From Malacoraja senta (lineage: Eukaryota), in contig CM075988.1 of NCBI GenBank assembly GCA_038087875.1, positions 22,198,001 to 22,262,000 on the forward strand: a DNA stretch of 64,000 bases. Reading direction: 5' to 3'. Positions within the stretch are counted from its first letter, which is position 1, and every line of letters starts with the position of its first letter. This document shows, piece by piece, positions 27,258 to 39,672 of this stretch. The notes beneath the pieces were generated by a model that was given only the letters and a program-made list of their open reading frames with translations, was not told the DNA's origin and searched no databases. Position numbers and translations under genes: made by a program.

Positions 27258-28039
27258 CTGAGAACATAAATAAAAAAGTCAATTTGTGACTTAAGTGTGT
27301 CAATTATTAGTATCCTTCCAGAAGCTCCCCCTCCCACACCCAAAATGGCAGAGCACATTTCTACCAGCACTGATAGCATTAATGAGAAAATATGTTGTAA
27401 AGAGTGTGCATCTAATATTTAATTACTAAACACTGATTGTGATGGCTGGTAATTTTCTCCCCTTGGGACATACAGACTCTCACCCGGTCTGCTCACAGGC
27501 AAGAATAACAAGCAGCACAGTGGGGCAGTTGGTAGAGCTGCTGCCTCACAGCGCCAGAGACCCGGAATCTATCCTGACCTCGGGTGCTGTCTGTGTGGAG
27601 TTTGCGCGTTCTTCCTGTGTGACCATGCTGTATCTCTGAACTAAATTAGTGGAGTATCCATGTAGATGGGAAGTTGACAAAATGTCAGAAGCTCATTTCT
27701 TTTGTTGAAAAATTAGATCAACATTTCAGACATGTACGGGTCTTGGAAATTGGACCCACTATAATTCACATGCCACTACTTTAAAATTTGAGATATGGAA
27801 TAAACAGAAACATAGAAAATAGGTGCAGGAGTAGGCCATTTGCCCCTTCGAGCCAGCACCGCCATTCAATATGCTCATGGCTGATCATCCAAAATCAGTA
27901 CCCCGTTTCTGCTTTCTCCCCATATCCCTTGATTCTGTTAGTCCCAAGACCTATATCTAACTCTCTCTTGAATAATAAAAATTTGCGTACTATGTGAGAA
28001 CATTTTAAAAGTAAATGAATTAATACTTTTTTGTTCAAA

Positions 28040-28562
28040 GCACGAGACTCCTGATGGGCACCCGAAAAAGGGACCACATCACCCCTATACTGGCCTCTCT
28101 CCACTGGCTCCCTTTGCGGTTCCGAATAAATTTCAAGATCCTTCTTTATGTTTACAAAGCCCTTAACGGGCTTGCCCCCACCTACATCAAAAGTCTGCTT
28201 ACCCACCACACCACCTCCAGGTCCCTCAGATCGGCCAACTTGGGGTTACTGAACATCCCGTGGATGTTCTTTGCGGTTGCAAAGGCCTTTGCGGTTGCAG
28301 CTCCTAGACTGTGGAACAGCATCCCTCATCCCATCAGAACTGCCCCCTCCATCGACTCTTTTAAGTCGAGACTTAAAACTCATCTTTACTCTCAAGCCTT
28401 TCTTGACGTCCTCTGAGGGAGGGCTATATGTATGTATTTATGTATGTACTTAATCTATGAACCACTGTTGTATAACGTTAGTACCTCCACCAATGTAAAG
28501 CACTTTGGTCAACGAGAGTTGTTTTTTAAATGTGCTATAGAAATAAAAGTGACTTGACTTGA
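28040..28562 (+). mobile_element. L2-clade LINE 3' end
   Basis: RKRDHITPILASLHWLPLRFRINFKILL...APRLWNSIP...FKSRLKTHL, with an AATAAA plus (GACTT)n tail. Confidence 0.85.
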
Positions 28563-29514
28563 AAGTCTTGATGCAAGTGCAGATGATGCGGTTTTGTGGC
28601 ATGGAGAAAAATGATGCAGCTACTTTCTAGGAACGCAACCCCCACCCCCTAGTGCGGGGGGGGGGGGGCTGGATTGCACTAGACCCCTCATCTACATCGT
28701 TGATATAGTTTGTGAACAGCTGGGGATCAGGCGCAAATGCCTACAGCCTCTCATTAATCACAAATTCAAGCCAAAAATAACCTAATTATTTTAGTCCTAC
28801 TCCGTTTTCTACCCAAGTTCACTTCAGTATCTCACCGTCAACGCGTTGTGTCCTAACATTACCTCTTTAATGTTATACGTCAGACCTTATTAAAAACCTT
28901 CTGAGAGTCCAAATATCACATCTGTACTGCTAGCTACAACCTAAAAAAAATCCAACATTTTTTCAAACATGAAATTGATCTGCTGACATTTTGTTAACTT
29001 TTTATCTACACGGACACTCCAGAAAACCTAACAATTTAGTTCAGAGATATAGCTTGGTCACACAGGGAGATCGTGCGAACTCCACACAGACAGCACCCGA
29101 GGTCAGGATCGAACCCGGGTCTCTGGTGCCGAAAGGCAATCTCACTTTCAAAAATCCATCCTGATTTGACCCATTTTCTAAAAGCCCCATTACCACTCAT
29201 TAATAGATCCCAGCATTTTCCCTACTACTGATATCAGACTAACCATTCCAGAACCTAAGTAATTTTGGAAAATAACAACCAGTGTATCCTAAATCTCCAC
29301 AGACACCTCTTTCAAATCCATTAAAATGTGATTAACAGGTCCTGAAGAGTTATTGCCTTCCATAACTTTTTCAAATATTTTTTTTTCCTAATGATAATTT
29401 CTTCGAGATTTTCATTTGTATCATATCCAAGTGATTTTCTGTCTAATCTGCAAAGAGGGTCAGAATATTTGCTTTATTTAACTGCCATTTCCTTATTCCT
29501 CAATTTTCATGTTC

Positions 29515-30110
29515 ATATATTATAGGAACAAAATTAGGCCATACACCCATCAAGGCGACTCTGCCATTCAATCATGGTTGATCTACAGTATCTTTCCCTC
29601 TCAACCCGATTCTCCTGTCTTCTCCCCATAACCCTTGACACCCTTACTAATCAAGAATTTGTCATTCTCCACCTTAAAAATACCCAATGACGGCCTCCAC
29701 AGCCATGTGGCAATGCATTCCACAGATTCACCACCTTCTGCTAAAGAAATTCCTCTTCATCTTCTTTCTAGAAGTACGTCCTTTTATTCTGAGGCTATGC
29801 CTTCTGGTCCTTGACTCTCCCACTAGTGGAAACATCCTCTCCACATCCACTCAACCCAGGTCATTCACTATTCAGTAAGTTTCCATCAGGTTCTTCCTCA
29901 TCCTTCTAAACTCCATCGAGTAGGGGCCCAGTGCCATCAAACACTCATCATACATTAACCCAATCATCCTTGGGATTATTCTCGTAAACCTCCTCTGGCC
30001 CCACTCCAACGCCAGCACATCCTTCCTCAGATATGGGCCCAAACCTGCTCACATTGCACCAAATGCAGTCTGACCAGTGTGTTATAAAGTCAGAGCATTG
30101 CATCCCTGCT
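29515..30110 (-). mobile_element. CR1 LINE 3' fragment
   Basis: Reverse complement of the CR1 RT tail and 3'UTR. Confidence 0.7.
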
Positions 30111-30372
30111 TTTATATTCTTTTTTTTTTGTTTATCTAATAAGGGATTCTTCCCCTCTTCCCCAGTCAAATCCCTTTTAACTATATCAGTTCCATTTTCC
30201 GTCTTCCAGCGGCTTGAAAAGAAATGCTTGGCACAACTTTAGAATATGACCCAGTAGGGTATTTTTTAGGGAGAAACACAATAGAGCCTCAGAGCAATAA
30301 CAAAGTACATAAACATTCATAATCAATCCAGTACAGTCAAATATATTTAAAAAAATCTGACATAAAACTTAC

Positions 30373-30547
30373 GAGTGAAACATGGAGGCCAACATTAATT
30401 TCTCATTGGATGTCAAACGAGGGCGTCCAAACCGTATTGCCAAAGGGTAATTAAAAGAGGTGTTCAGATATTCCAGCACATCCCTGTTGTCAGTCATGTA
30501 CCTTCCATTTACATCCATCCCGTTGACTGAAAGCACTGCATATCCAA
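30373..30547 (-). CDS. TRAPPC4: TRAPPC4 exon 2
   Basis: [17 protein letters not shown]...[21 protein letters not shown] acceptor, GTAAG donor. Confidence 0.97.
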
Positions 30548-30859
30548 CTGAGGGAAACAAGCAAAAGGTAAAAATGAAACACCATCGCCTAAAAAGTGGA
30601 CACGAGCACTCATTGTGAATCAAAACATATAGTGCTGGAGGAACTCAGCAGGTCAAGCAGCATCTGTGTTGGGAATGCACAGAATACATTGCGGGTTGGC
30701 ACCTATTGTGAAGACTTAAGGGGTGAAAGCCATGAAATTAGTTGAACCACCCAAGGGTTGGGACTGGTCTTCCCCTAATCCATCAGTCCGAAGGACACAA
30801 CCCGAAACGTTGCCTGACCATTCCCTCAGTTTCACTGCACCTTCCGTGGAAGCCGTGGC

Positions 30860-31612
30860 CAATGTATTGATTACTCACATTTTAACTTCCCCTCCCATTG
30901 CCACACTGACCTTTCTGTCCTGGGCCTCCTCCACTGTCAGAGTGAGGTCAAATGCAAATTGGAGGAACATCACCTCAGATTTCACTTGGGCAGCCTACAA
31001 CCCAGCGGTATGAAAATTGATTTCTCTAACTTTAAGTAATCCTTGCTTTCCTTATCTCTCCATCGCTCCCCCACCCTAGTTCTCCGACTAGTTTCACTGT
31101 CCTCCTGATTAAATATTATTGTGTGGCCCAATGTCACCTTCCCCTCCCTAACAATGAACCATTCTACGTTTCCTTGATCATCGTCCCCTTTGGTCTGTCC
31201 CTTGCACACTTTACCCTTCCATATCTCTCGTTTCCCTCTTCCCTGAATCACAGCCTGAAGAAGGGTCTCGACCCGAAACGTCATTTTCCTTCTCTCCAGA
31301 GATGCTACCTGTCCGGCTGAGTTACTCCAACATTTTGTGTTTATCTTCAATTTAAACCAGCAATGAAGCATTCTACATTTACTTGATCATCGTCTGCTTT
31401 GACCTGTTATTTTGACACCTTACATGTTTTTTTGTAAGCCTTCCTTATCTCTAGTTTCCCTCTCCCCTGACTCCCTGTCTGAAGAAGGGGCTCGACCCAA
31501 AAGGTCACCCATTCCTTCTCTCCAGAGATGCTGCTTGTCCCGCTGAGTTACACCTGCATTTTGCATTTATCTTCAGTTTAAATCAGCATCTGCACAGTTC
31601 CTTCCTACACAC
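30860..31612 (+). mobile_element. Penelope-like element 3' end (GIY-YIG C-terminus plus tandem terminal repeats with hammerhead-like cores)
   Basis: DLSVLGLLHCQSEVKCKLEEHHLRFHLGSLQPSGMKIDFSNFK*, followed by CTGAAGAAGGGTCTCGACCCGAAACGTC (31255-31282) and a second degenerate repeat at about 31479. Confidence 0.75.
31255..31282 (+). ncRNA. Minimal type I hammerhead ribozyme-like motif (Penelope type)
   Basis: CUGAAGA(A), stem II GGGUC/GACCC, then GAAA and CGUC with an NUH triplet; activity untested. Confidence 0.6.
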
Positions 31613-32052
31613 CTAGCAACTTTAAACTGGCTGCAGAACCTTGATTTCCAGTACTTCCCAGATTATGAAATTAGTTGAACCACCCAAGGGTTGGGACTGG
31701 TCTAGGTTAGGCTATGATAGACACAAAGTGCTGGAGTAACACAGCGGGTCAGACAGCATCTCTGGACAAAAGGAATAGGGATAGTCTGTGCAGATGCTGG
31801 TTTAAACAGAAGACAGACACAAAAAGCTGGAGTAACTCAGCGGGTCAGACATCATCTCTGGAGAGAAGGAATGCTTGACTATTTGGGTCGAGACACCTAT
31901 TCCTTCTCTCCAGAGATGCTGTCTGACCCGCTGAATTACTCCATGGTTTTAGTGTCTATTTCAGGAATAGGTTAGGCTAGGCCCAGGCTGACCGGGGCGT
32001 TTCCTGGTATGAGGAGCCGCCGCCCAGGCTCCGTCTCCCGGCCCGGCCTCAC

Positions 32053-32227
32053 CTTTGATGCCATCCCTCTGGCCGAAAGACACCACCACCCGCTCGTCGT
32101 ACACCTTCAACACCAGGTCCAAGGGATAGCTGAAGGTCTTCTCCACGTCGGTGCGGGGCGAGTAATTGTCATGCTGGTAGACCAAGCCGCCGGCTTTATT
32201 CACCACATACACACTGAACACCACCAT
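32053..32227 (-). CDS. TRAPPC4: TRAPPC4 exon 1
   Basis: [58 protein letters not shown]; Kozak gccATGG; donor GTGAG. Confidence 0.97.
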
Positions 32228-32246
32228 GGCCGCTCCCTCCCTCACG

Positions 32247-32267
32247 GCCGTCTGGGAAATGTAGTTT
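32247..32267 (-). promoter_or_regulatory. ZNF143/THAP11 (SBS2)-type motif at the TRAPPC4 promoter
   Basis: - strand reads aaACTACATTTCCCAGacggc, matching ACTACAnTTCCCAG, about 20 nt upstream of the ATG. Confidence 0.75.
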
Positions 32268-34650
32268 AACCAGAGATCCTATAGAGAGGATCCTTGGCTT
32301 AACTCACATACAGACACAACATGCTGGAGTAACTCAGCGGGACAGGCAGCATCTCTGGAGGGAAGGAATGGGTGACGTTTTGGGTCGAGACCCTTCTACA
32401 GACCAAAGATCCTCTAGGATCTTTGCCACAGACTGAGAGTCAGGGGCAAAGATACTGGTCAGGGGGGGAGGTTAACTAGAGATCTAGTTAACATCCCCTA
32501 GTTAAGATCTGGAAGGGCAAGGTGCGAAAACGACAGATCAAAGCAGATGGTGGACAAAAATGCTGGAGAAACTCAGCGGGTGAGGCAGCATCCATGGAGC
32601 GAAGGAAATAGGCGACGTTTCAGGTGGGGTCGAGACCCTTCTTCAGACTCCTTCTTCAGACTCAAAGCAGGAAGTGATCAAGTAAATGTAGAATGCTATT
32701 CTGACAATCAAATCAAAAATTACATTCTTGATTAGTACAGGTGTCAGGGTTACGGGAAGAAGGCATGAGAATGGGGTTAGGAGGGAGAGATAGATCAGCC
32801 ATGATTGAATGGCGGACTAGACTTGATGGACCGAATGGTCTAATTCCACTCCTATTCCTTATGACCTTCTGCTGGAGTAACTCAGCGGGACAGGCACCAT
32901 CTATGGAGAGGAATGGGTGATGTTTCAGGTCGGGACCCTTCAGACTGAGAGTCAGGGAGGGGGAGACTGGAGGTGCATTTCCTTGATCATAGTCTACTTT
33001 GATGTATCCTTTTCATAACTTACATGCTCTGTGTGCCCTTCTATATCTCTCTGTCTGAAGAAGGGTCTCGCCTATTCCAGCTCTCCAGAGATGCTGCCTG
33101 ACCCACTGAGTAACTCCAGCATTTTGTGTCTCTCTTCACTGTTGTTCATTCTTAGCAGGTCTCAACTCCAAGAGGGATTCTGAACACTTTTTTCTTTTTA
33201 AATATAGTCGAGGAGATCAACAATAACTTCCTAATCTTTCTCAACACAGTGAGTAAGCATTGTTTATTCATAACTAACGAATAAATTGTACTGCAGTATT
33301 CTGAAGAAGTAGAAACAAGAAACTGCAGATGCTGGTTTATACCAAAGATAGACACAAAGTGCTGGAGTAACTCAGCGGGACAGGCAGCATCACTGGAAAT
33401 AAAGGATGGGTGTCGTTTTGGGTCGGGGCCCTTCTTTAGACCTATTAATGAACGTGTAGGTTCCTTAACATAACTTAACTAACATAACACTACCATTTAA
33501 AAAGTGGTCTGCTTTACTTCTGTGCACAAGATTGATAATTTCAGATTTTTCCATATTACATTGTAGTTCCACATCCATGTCTATTTATTCAACTGGCTGA
33601 AATCTCATTGAAGTCTCTTCACGTAATCTTCTCCTAGATTTGTATCATCGGCAAACTCGGAAATATGACCCTTGGTCTGCTCAATCAAATTATCAATGTA
33701 GATTTCAAATAACTGTACCTCAAACATGGACCTGCAATACCCCATAAATCACAGCCTGCCAATCTGAGGAAGATCTATCAACTCCATCACTTTACTTTCG
33801 ATAAACTCTCTGAGATCCTCTTCAGACCCGAAACGTCACCTATTCATTTTCTCCAGAGATGCTGTCTGACCCACTGAGTTACTCCAGGTTTTTGTGTCTA
33901 TCTTCGGTTTAAACCAGCATCTGCAGTTCCTTTCTACGCATTCTTATCCATATCAGTACATTACCAACTCCATATGCTCCAACCTCCTGTGCGGGTGGAA
34001 CATCATGCAAAACCTCCCAAAAATCCAAACACAACATTTACTGTAACTTCACATACTCTTACCCTACCTAATTTTCTATGGCTGTGATACTCTATTCTGC
34101 ACTATTTTATTCCCATTCGCTCTATCTGAATATCAATCAGTATGAAGATGGGTCCAGACCTTAAATGTTACCCAGCTATGTTCTCCAGAGATGCTGCCTG
34201 ACCTGCTGATTTACTCCAGCACTTTGTGACTACAGTATCTGCACTTTCCTTGTGACACCACTGTTCGTGTATCTTGTCAGGCTAGCATGCAAAACAAAAT
34301 CGTGCCCTATATCTCGATACAGATGAGAATAATAAACCAATCTACAGGTCCCATCCTGGAAGGACTCCAGTAACCCAACGTGAATTTTCTTTCATATTAT
34401 CCCTGCTGTCGCTCAGAAGCTGCGCCCCTGCAAACCCGCGGGCCGGGTGCTGGAGGTGGGAAAGGCTGGGGTGTCTTCACGGGCTAGTATGGGCACGATG
34501 GGCCGAACGGCAGTCTGCGTGGCAAAATAAAAAAAACGTTCTACTATCCGGTGAAGCTGGCTGTCAAACGTGTGATGTGAGCCGGGTCCAGGAGATGGTT
34601 TGGTTTATAATTTTTCTGCATTTATTCGAAATTAATCCGCGAGCAAACCC

Positions 34651-34664
34651 GTTGCCCCGGCAAC
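34651..34664. promoter_or_regulatory. Palindromic RFX X-box in the RPS25 upstream region
   Basis: GTTGCCCCGGCAAC matches GTTRCC(N0-3)RGYAAC, with palindromic CC/GG flanks. Confidence 0.6.
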
Positions 34665-34696
34665 GGCCAGTGGGGGGCGTCGTTTCCCGCTGGGGA

Positions 34697-34705
34697 CCGG
34701 AAGTG
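34697..34705 (+). promoter_or_regulatory. ETS/GABP site in the RPS25 promoter
   Basis: CCGGAAGTG about 45 nt upstream of the TOP tract. Confidence 0.7.
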
Positions 34706-34747
34706 GCCGAGGGGGCGCTGGGGTTTCCTGGGCTGACGGCGCACGGG

Positions 34748-34758
34748 CTCTTCCTTTC
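34748..34758 (+). promoter_or_regulatory. RPS25: 5'TOP/TCT initiator tract of RPS25
   Basis: CTCTTCCTTTC 35 nt upstream of the ATG in a CpG island; typical of ribosomal protein genes. Confidence 0.85.
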
Positions 34759-34782
34759 GCTCCGACATCTTGAAGCGGCAGC

Positions 34783-34785
34783 ATG
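34783..34785 (+). CDS. RPS25: RPS25 exon 1 coding part (ATG only)
   Basis: gcagcATG|GTGAG donor. Confidence 0.92.
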
Positions 34786-35483
34786 GTGAGGGAGCGCCGG
34801 GGCCGGGCTGAGGGAGCGCCGGGGTGAGGGAGTGGTGGGGCGAGGGGGCGCCGGGCAGGCCCGCGGGACGGGGCGGCTCTGGGCTCGGCAGCCAGACACG
34901 GCAGCGCCGGCGGGATGAAGTCTCCGGGGGCCGGGACTGCAGCCAAGGCCGAGGCTTCATTCAGGGCCTAGCCGCCCACCATGGCTCCCTACAGCCTCGT
35001 CACCCAGTGACTGCCCGGCCCGGGTTTATCACACGCAGTCTGATAGAAGGAGGGTCTCGACACGTCACCTATTCCAGAGATGCTGTTTGACCCGCTGAGT
35101 TACTCCAGCTCTTTGTGTTTTGTCACAGGGAGAGTTGCACAAAATGCCTTAATCATCTCTCTAGTGTAAGAAGCAACAGCGGGACTCGATCAGATTGTGA
35201 GGGGGAAGAGAGAGTGGGTTCGCGGCCAAGCTTTTATGGCGAATAATGTGGGAACCATCCACTCAAGGAGGTGAAGGCTTGGCTTTCTCGCCTGAAATTC
35301 CGTTTTTTAATTTTTTTTTCAACACCGAGATTGATGAACCAGCTATGTACAAGACGCAGACCCGATGTCGTGTCCTAGATTAGCATGCTGTTGGACTTCC
35401 AACTGGTCAGGTTAACTGTTTGGAAGCACTGATTTAAAAAATATTACAGGTAAATGAAAATAAAGAACTGTTTTTGTTTATAG

Positions 35484-35579
35484 CCTCCTAAAGATGACAA
35501 GAAGAAGAAAGATGGAAGTAAAGGGGGCAAAAAGGACAAAGATCCAGTGAACAAGACTGGAGGCAAGGCCAAGAAGAAG
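35484..35579 (+). CDS. RPS25: RPS25 exon 2
   Basis: [35 protein letters not shown] acceptor, GTGTG donor. Confidence 0.97.
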
Positions 35580-36145
35580 GTGTGCCTTAAATGTATCTCG
35601 TTTTACATTGCACTACAGCAAAGGAATAGGTATCGATTGAAATAAAGAAACTAGTATAAAATGTGGCTTAGGGTGCAAAGGATCTATTTGAACACTCCAT
35701 TCTGCATTTTTTTTGCTTGCACTAGTTGATGTGTTCATGTGTCAGTCTGTAGAAGGGTCCTGGTGCAAGATGTCACCTATCCATTTTCTACACGGATGCT
35801 GCCTGACGCCTGGGTTACTACAGCATTTTGTCAGTGTTTGAACAGTTACTTGCTTGTTTTCTGCAGATGCTTATTTAGGTTTAGTATTTCCATTTATTAT
35901 TGGAAGTTTTGTTTTGCTGGTCCTTAATTTTCTGATTTTTAAACACTAATAATTGGAAGATTGCATTTAAAAAATCAACACCAAGAAAACTGACCCAGTT
36001 TTGAGTTTGATGGAGAGTGGGATTGATCTTGTGTTACAGCCCTGAAAAAAGATTCTTAATGACTTTGAAACAAAAGCAATAGAAGGTGGACCTGGTGTTT
36101 TTCTTTAAATGACACATGGTGCATTTTGCCAGCTTCTATCTCTGC

Positions 36146-36236
36146 AGTGTGTGTATGTGTGTATATATAATATATGTGTGTGTGTGTATATACACACACA
36201 CATGTGTATGCACACACATACATGTGAATATATATA
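36146..36236. repeat. Compound TG/TA/CA microsatellite in RPS25 intron 2
   Basis: Direct inspection. Confidence 0.8.
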
Positions 36237-37802
36237 ATTGTTACAAAGTACTGGAGGAACTCCGATCAGGCAGCACCTGTGGAGGGAAATGTACAGTTGC
36301 CTTAAAATGTTATGCATACATTTCCTTCCATAAATGCTGCCTGAGCTGCTGAGTTCCTCCAACAGTTTGTTTTTCACTCAAGATTCCAGCAACTGCTGTC
36401 TCTGAATTCCAAAGGATGTGTTAATCTTTTTTTTAATGTGAAAGTTTGTATGTGAAGCAGCAATATAAGCATGGTAATTCCAATGGTTTAATTAATGACC
36501 CTTCCCCAGAAAATGTATTACTTGTGGCAAGCGGTTGTACATTTGGTGAATCTTGGTTTATTGTGTTGGCAAGGACGCTAGCTATGTGGCTTATTCTAAC
36601 AAAGTTGAGTATATTTCAATAGCAGGTTGTATCATTACCATCTTGATCAGAGTGATTGACACCTTTTTGCTGGTTTATTGATCTGCTACTTGCCGTTTTA
36701 TTGACATCATTTTTTCCACAAAATATGCTTCCTTTAATGAAGCTTCTTAATGGGCTTTGAGTTTGATCAGTTTTTTGTTAATTCAATCATTCTCAGATCT
36801 CCAATTAAAAGTGTAGTATTGTACAAACAGCTTCTGCAATATCCACTGAATACTCACCGCCACATTCAGCAGTGGGGAGCACGCTGGAATCCATTAATTG
36901 GATTAGGAAAGTGAGATTGTCAAGGTTAATTTGGGATTATGGAAATCGTGCTAGATAAATCTTGTTTTTGAGGCTGTAACAAACAGATCAGGAAGGGTAT
37001 GGTATTTTTGTGCACTTTTATAAGGTCCTCAATAAGACAGGTAAGCTGATTAGGTCTCCGTTGAGTGAATTTTTGGTCAACACTCTAAAAGAAGGATGTG
37101 ATTGCTCTGGATGGAGCTTGGAGGAGATTTGCCAGGAAGTCCATGTCATGGAATGTGTCTGTTTGTTGAACTGTGCAATGTTACTGTGCTTGATGGAGCA
37201 GATGCAGGAACTTGGTTACTCTTCCCTGGAATGTCTACATTAAAGGGTCCATTCAGGTCAGAATTGAGAAGGCTATGGAGGATGAATATATTCAAGGCAG
37301 GTATCCATAAAGGGATGTGGGATTAGTATAGCAAAGTGATGTTGAAGTAAAACATCTGTCATGATCTTATTGAATGGCAGAGCTGGTGTGTGGTTCTGAA
37401 TGGCCCTCACATCTTCCTGTTAACTGTACATGGGGATACTAATGTTGTAGATGCCTGCTCTCCAACAGTCTTGAACAGTTAATTACAGAATATTAGCAAA
37501 GTGCAGAGCCTTGGCTAGTTTTATTGTTTAATGCTAAATCAGTCCTAAAAACAAAATGTTGGATTATTCAGTAGGGCAGGCAACATAAACGAATAACTGT
37601 TGAACTGTTGCATCAGTTCAGCAGGAAAATTATTTGCTGTTATAATGGAAAGCATCAACGTGAACCCTAGTAGCTGGATGTCGTAGAGGCAATATTGCCT
37701 TAGATATGTACTGGCTTTTTTGTTAATACTTGAATTGAAATAGAAAACTTGTTAATAGCACCATTTTACCTTGTTAACACCAATCCTTGTTTTATTGAGT
37801 AG

Positions 37803-38042
<240 letters not shown>

Positions 38043-38774
38043 TGATGCAGGGGGAGTGGGTAGAGGGCAGAATGACAACCACTGTATTGCACTTAAGAGA
38101 CGTACATTATCAATAACTCGCTTTTTTGCGAATAGTGACTTGTACATCCATTAATGTTAGTAATCAGGCCTGATTGTGAATGTAAAATTTAAAATTCCCT
38201 TTCAGTGATTTGTAATCTCTGTATCCACTCTTCCCTTTTGGCCTTACCTTTGCTGTGTCCCAACTCTGCCTGGACAATTGAATGCCAAAAGTTTGTGGGG
38301 TGGATACATTGGTGAGAAATCCACATCCAGTAACAGTGCCAGTGGGCTGTGGGCCACAGGTCGTGAAGCTTTGCATGGTATTTTCGGGGATTTTCAGTAG
38401 ATGGTCCCAGGGGCAACAAAGGGTGGAATTTGTACTTGGTGAACAAGCTGCACTGAGATAGCACCTTGTGTCTCCATTTTTGTCCATCATACACTGCTGT
38501 TAGTAATCCACGTGACCGAGATAGCCTCTGCTTCGTTTATGGGCATTTGTGGATTCTGGGATTCATCTTTGATTCCCCTTTTCCTCATTGGAAAAGCATT
38601 GTACAACCTCCAATTTTAGTATTGAATCTGAGGGATAAGCATCAGTTTCTTCTACCTCTCTGTAGTTCTGAGTGGATTCAAGATCCGAGGTGCAATCTCA
38701 AACCAAGGCTGTTAGAGATTTTGATTAGTGACAATTGAGTGGTTTGTATTTCTCATAATGTTCCTGTTTTGCAG

Positions 38775-38890
38775 GGATGATCAAGCTGGTGTGCAAACAC
38801 AGAGCGCAGGTCATCTACACGCGAAACACCAAGGGAGGGGATGTCCCTGCCGTCGCCGCTGCTGCTGCTGCTGCTGTTGAGGATGCATAA
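38775..38890 (+). CDS. RPS25: RPS25 exon 4 (coding part, to TAA)
   Basis: [38 protein letters not shown]; donor 4 nt after the stop (ACAG|GTACC). Confidence 0.97.
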
Positions 38891-39376
38891 ACAGGTACCT
38901 TTTCTGTTCTCTACCCTTTAGTCTGAAGGCAGATCTCTTGGGTTTTGAGTTTGTCGCTGGTGAAAGCTATGTCCTATAGATCTGCATGGACCTCTAACAA
39001 AAATCACTTATTGCATTGAAAGGAAAGGCACATATGTTTAATGGGATCTGGGAGTCCTTGTATATAAATTCAATTTGATATGCAGGTTGGGTAGCAGACA
39101 TTGTGTTTCATCCTGTGGAAGAATCTAGAACTAAGGGTAAATATTTAAAAAGGGCTTGTCCAATTAAGACTGTCTGATTATATGGAGCTCCGGTGAGATT
39201 GCAGCTGGAATATTACTGGTGATATTTCCCTGCATAAGGATGGATATGAATTTGATTGAGGAGTTGCTGCAAATGTTTACTGGGTTCATGGTTTGACCTA
39301 TAAGTGAGGTATTTAGAATGATCTTATTGAAAAATGCAAACTCCTAATGGGACTTGACTGCATTGACACAGAGTTA

Positions 39377-39672
39377 AGGGCCTGTCCCACTGTACGAGGT
39401 AATTCAAGAGTTCTCCCGAGTTTTCCCCCGATTCGAACTCGGAGAATGTCCGTAGGAGTTCGTGGATGTCCCGTAGCGGCTCGTAATGCTAATGGTAGGT
39501 ACTCGGGAAATCCGGTAAACTCGTGATGTTTTTTCAACACGGAAAAATACCCGTGAAAAATATTGTTAGTTTTTACTCGTACGAGCCGCTACGAGACATC
39601 CACGAACCCGCTACGGACATTCTCCGAGTTCGAATCTGGGGAAAACGCGGGAGAACTCTTGAATTAGGCCCT
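39377..39672. mobile_element. Non-autonomous PIF/Harbinger-like MITE in RPS25 intron 4
   Basis: TTA target duplication, AGGGCC...GGCCCT ends, about 85-bp inverted arms. Confidence 0.75.

Larger units (their letters stand above)
22409..32227 (-). other. TRAPPC4: TRAPPC4 gene span (ATG to stop), 5 coding exons, 219 aa
   Basis: Exons of 175+175+104+127+79 nt = 660 nt, all with GT-AG boundaries; translation closely matches vertebrate TRAPPC4 (synbindin). Confidence 0.97.

Noticed and set aside
34564..35090. ORFs over the RPS25 CpG island
   Set aside because: GC-rich promoter and intron 1 sequence; low-complexity Pro/Arg/Ala translations.
35330..35433. Possible C/D snoRNA in RPS25 intron 1 (TGATGA...CTGA)
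   Set aside because: No convincing terminal stem and no recognisable rRNA guide; a snoscan or Infernal hit would be needed.
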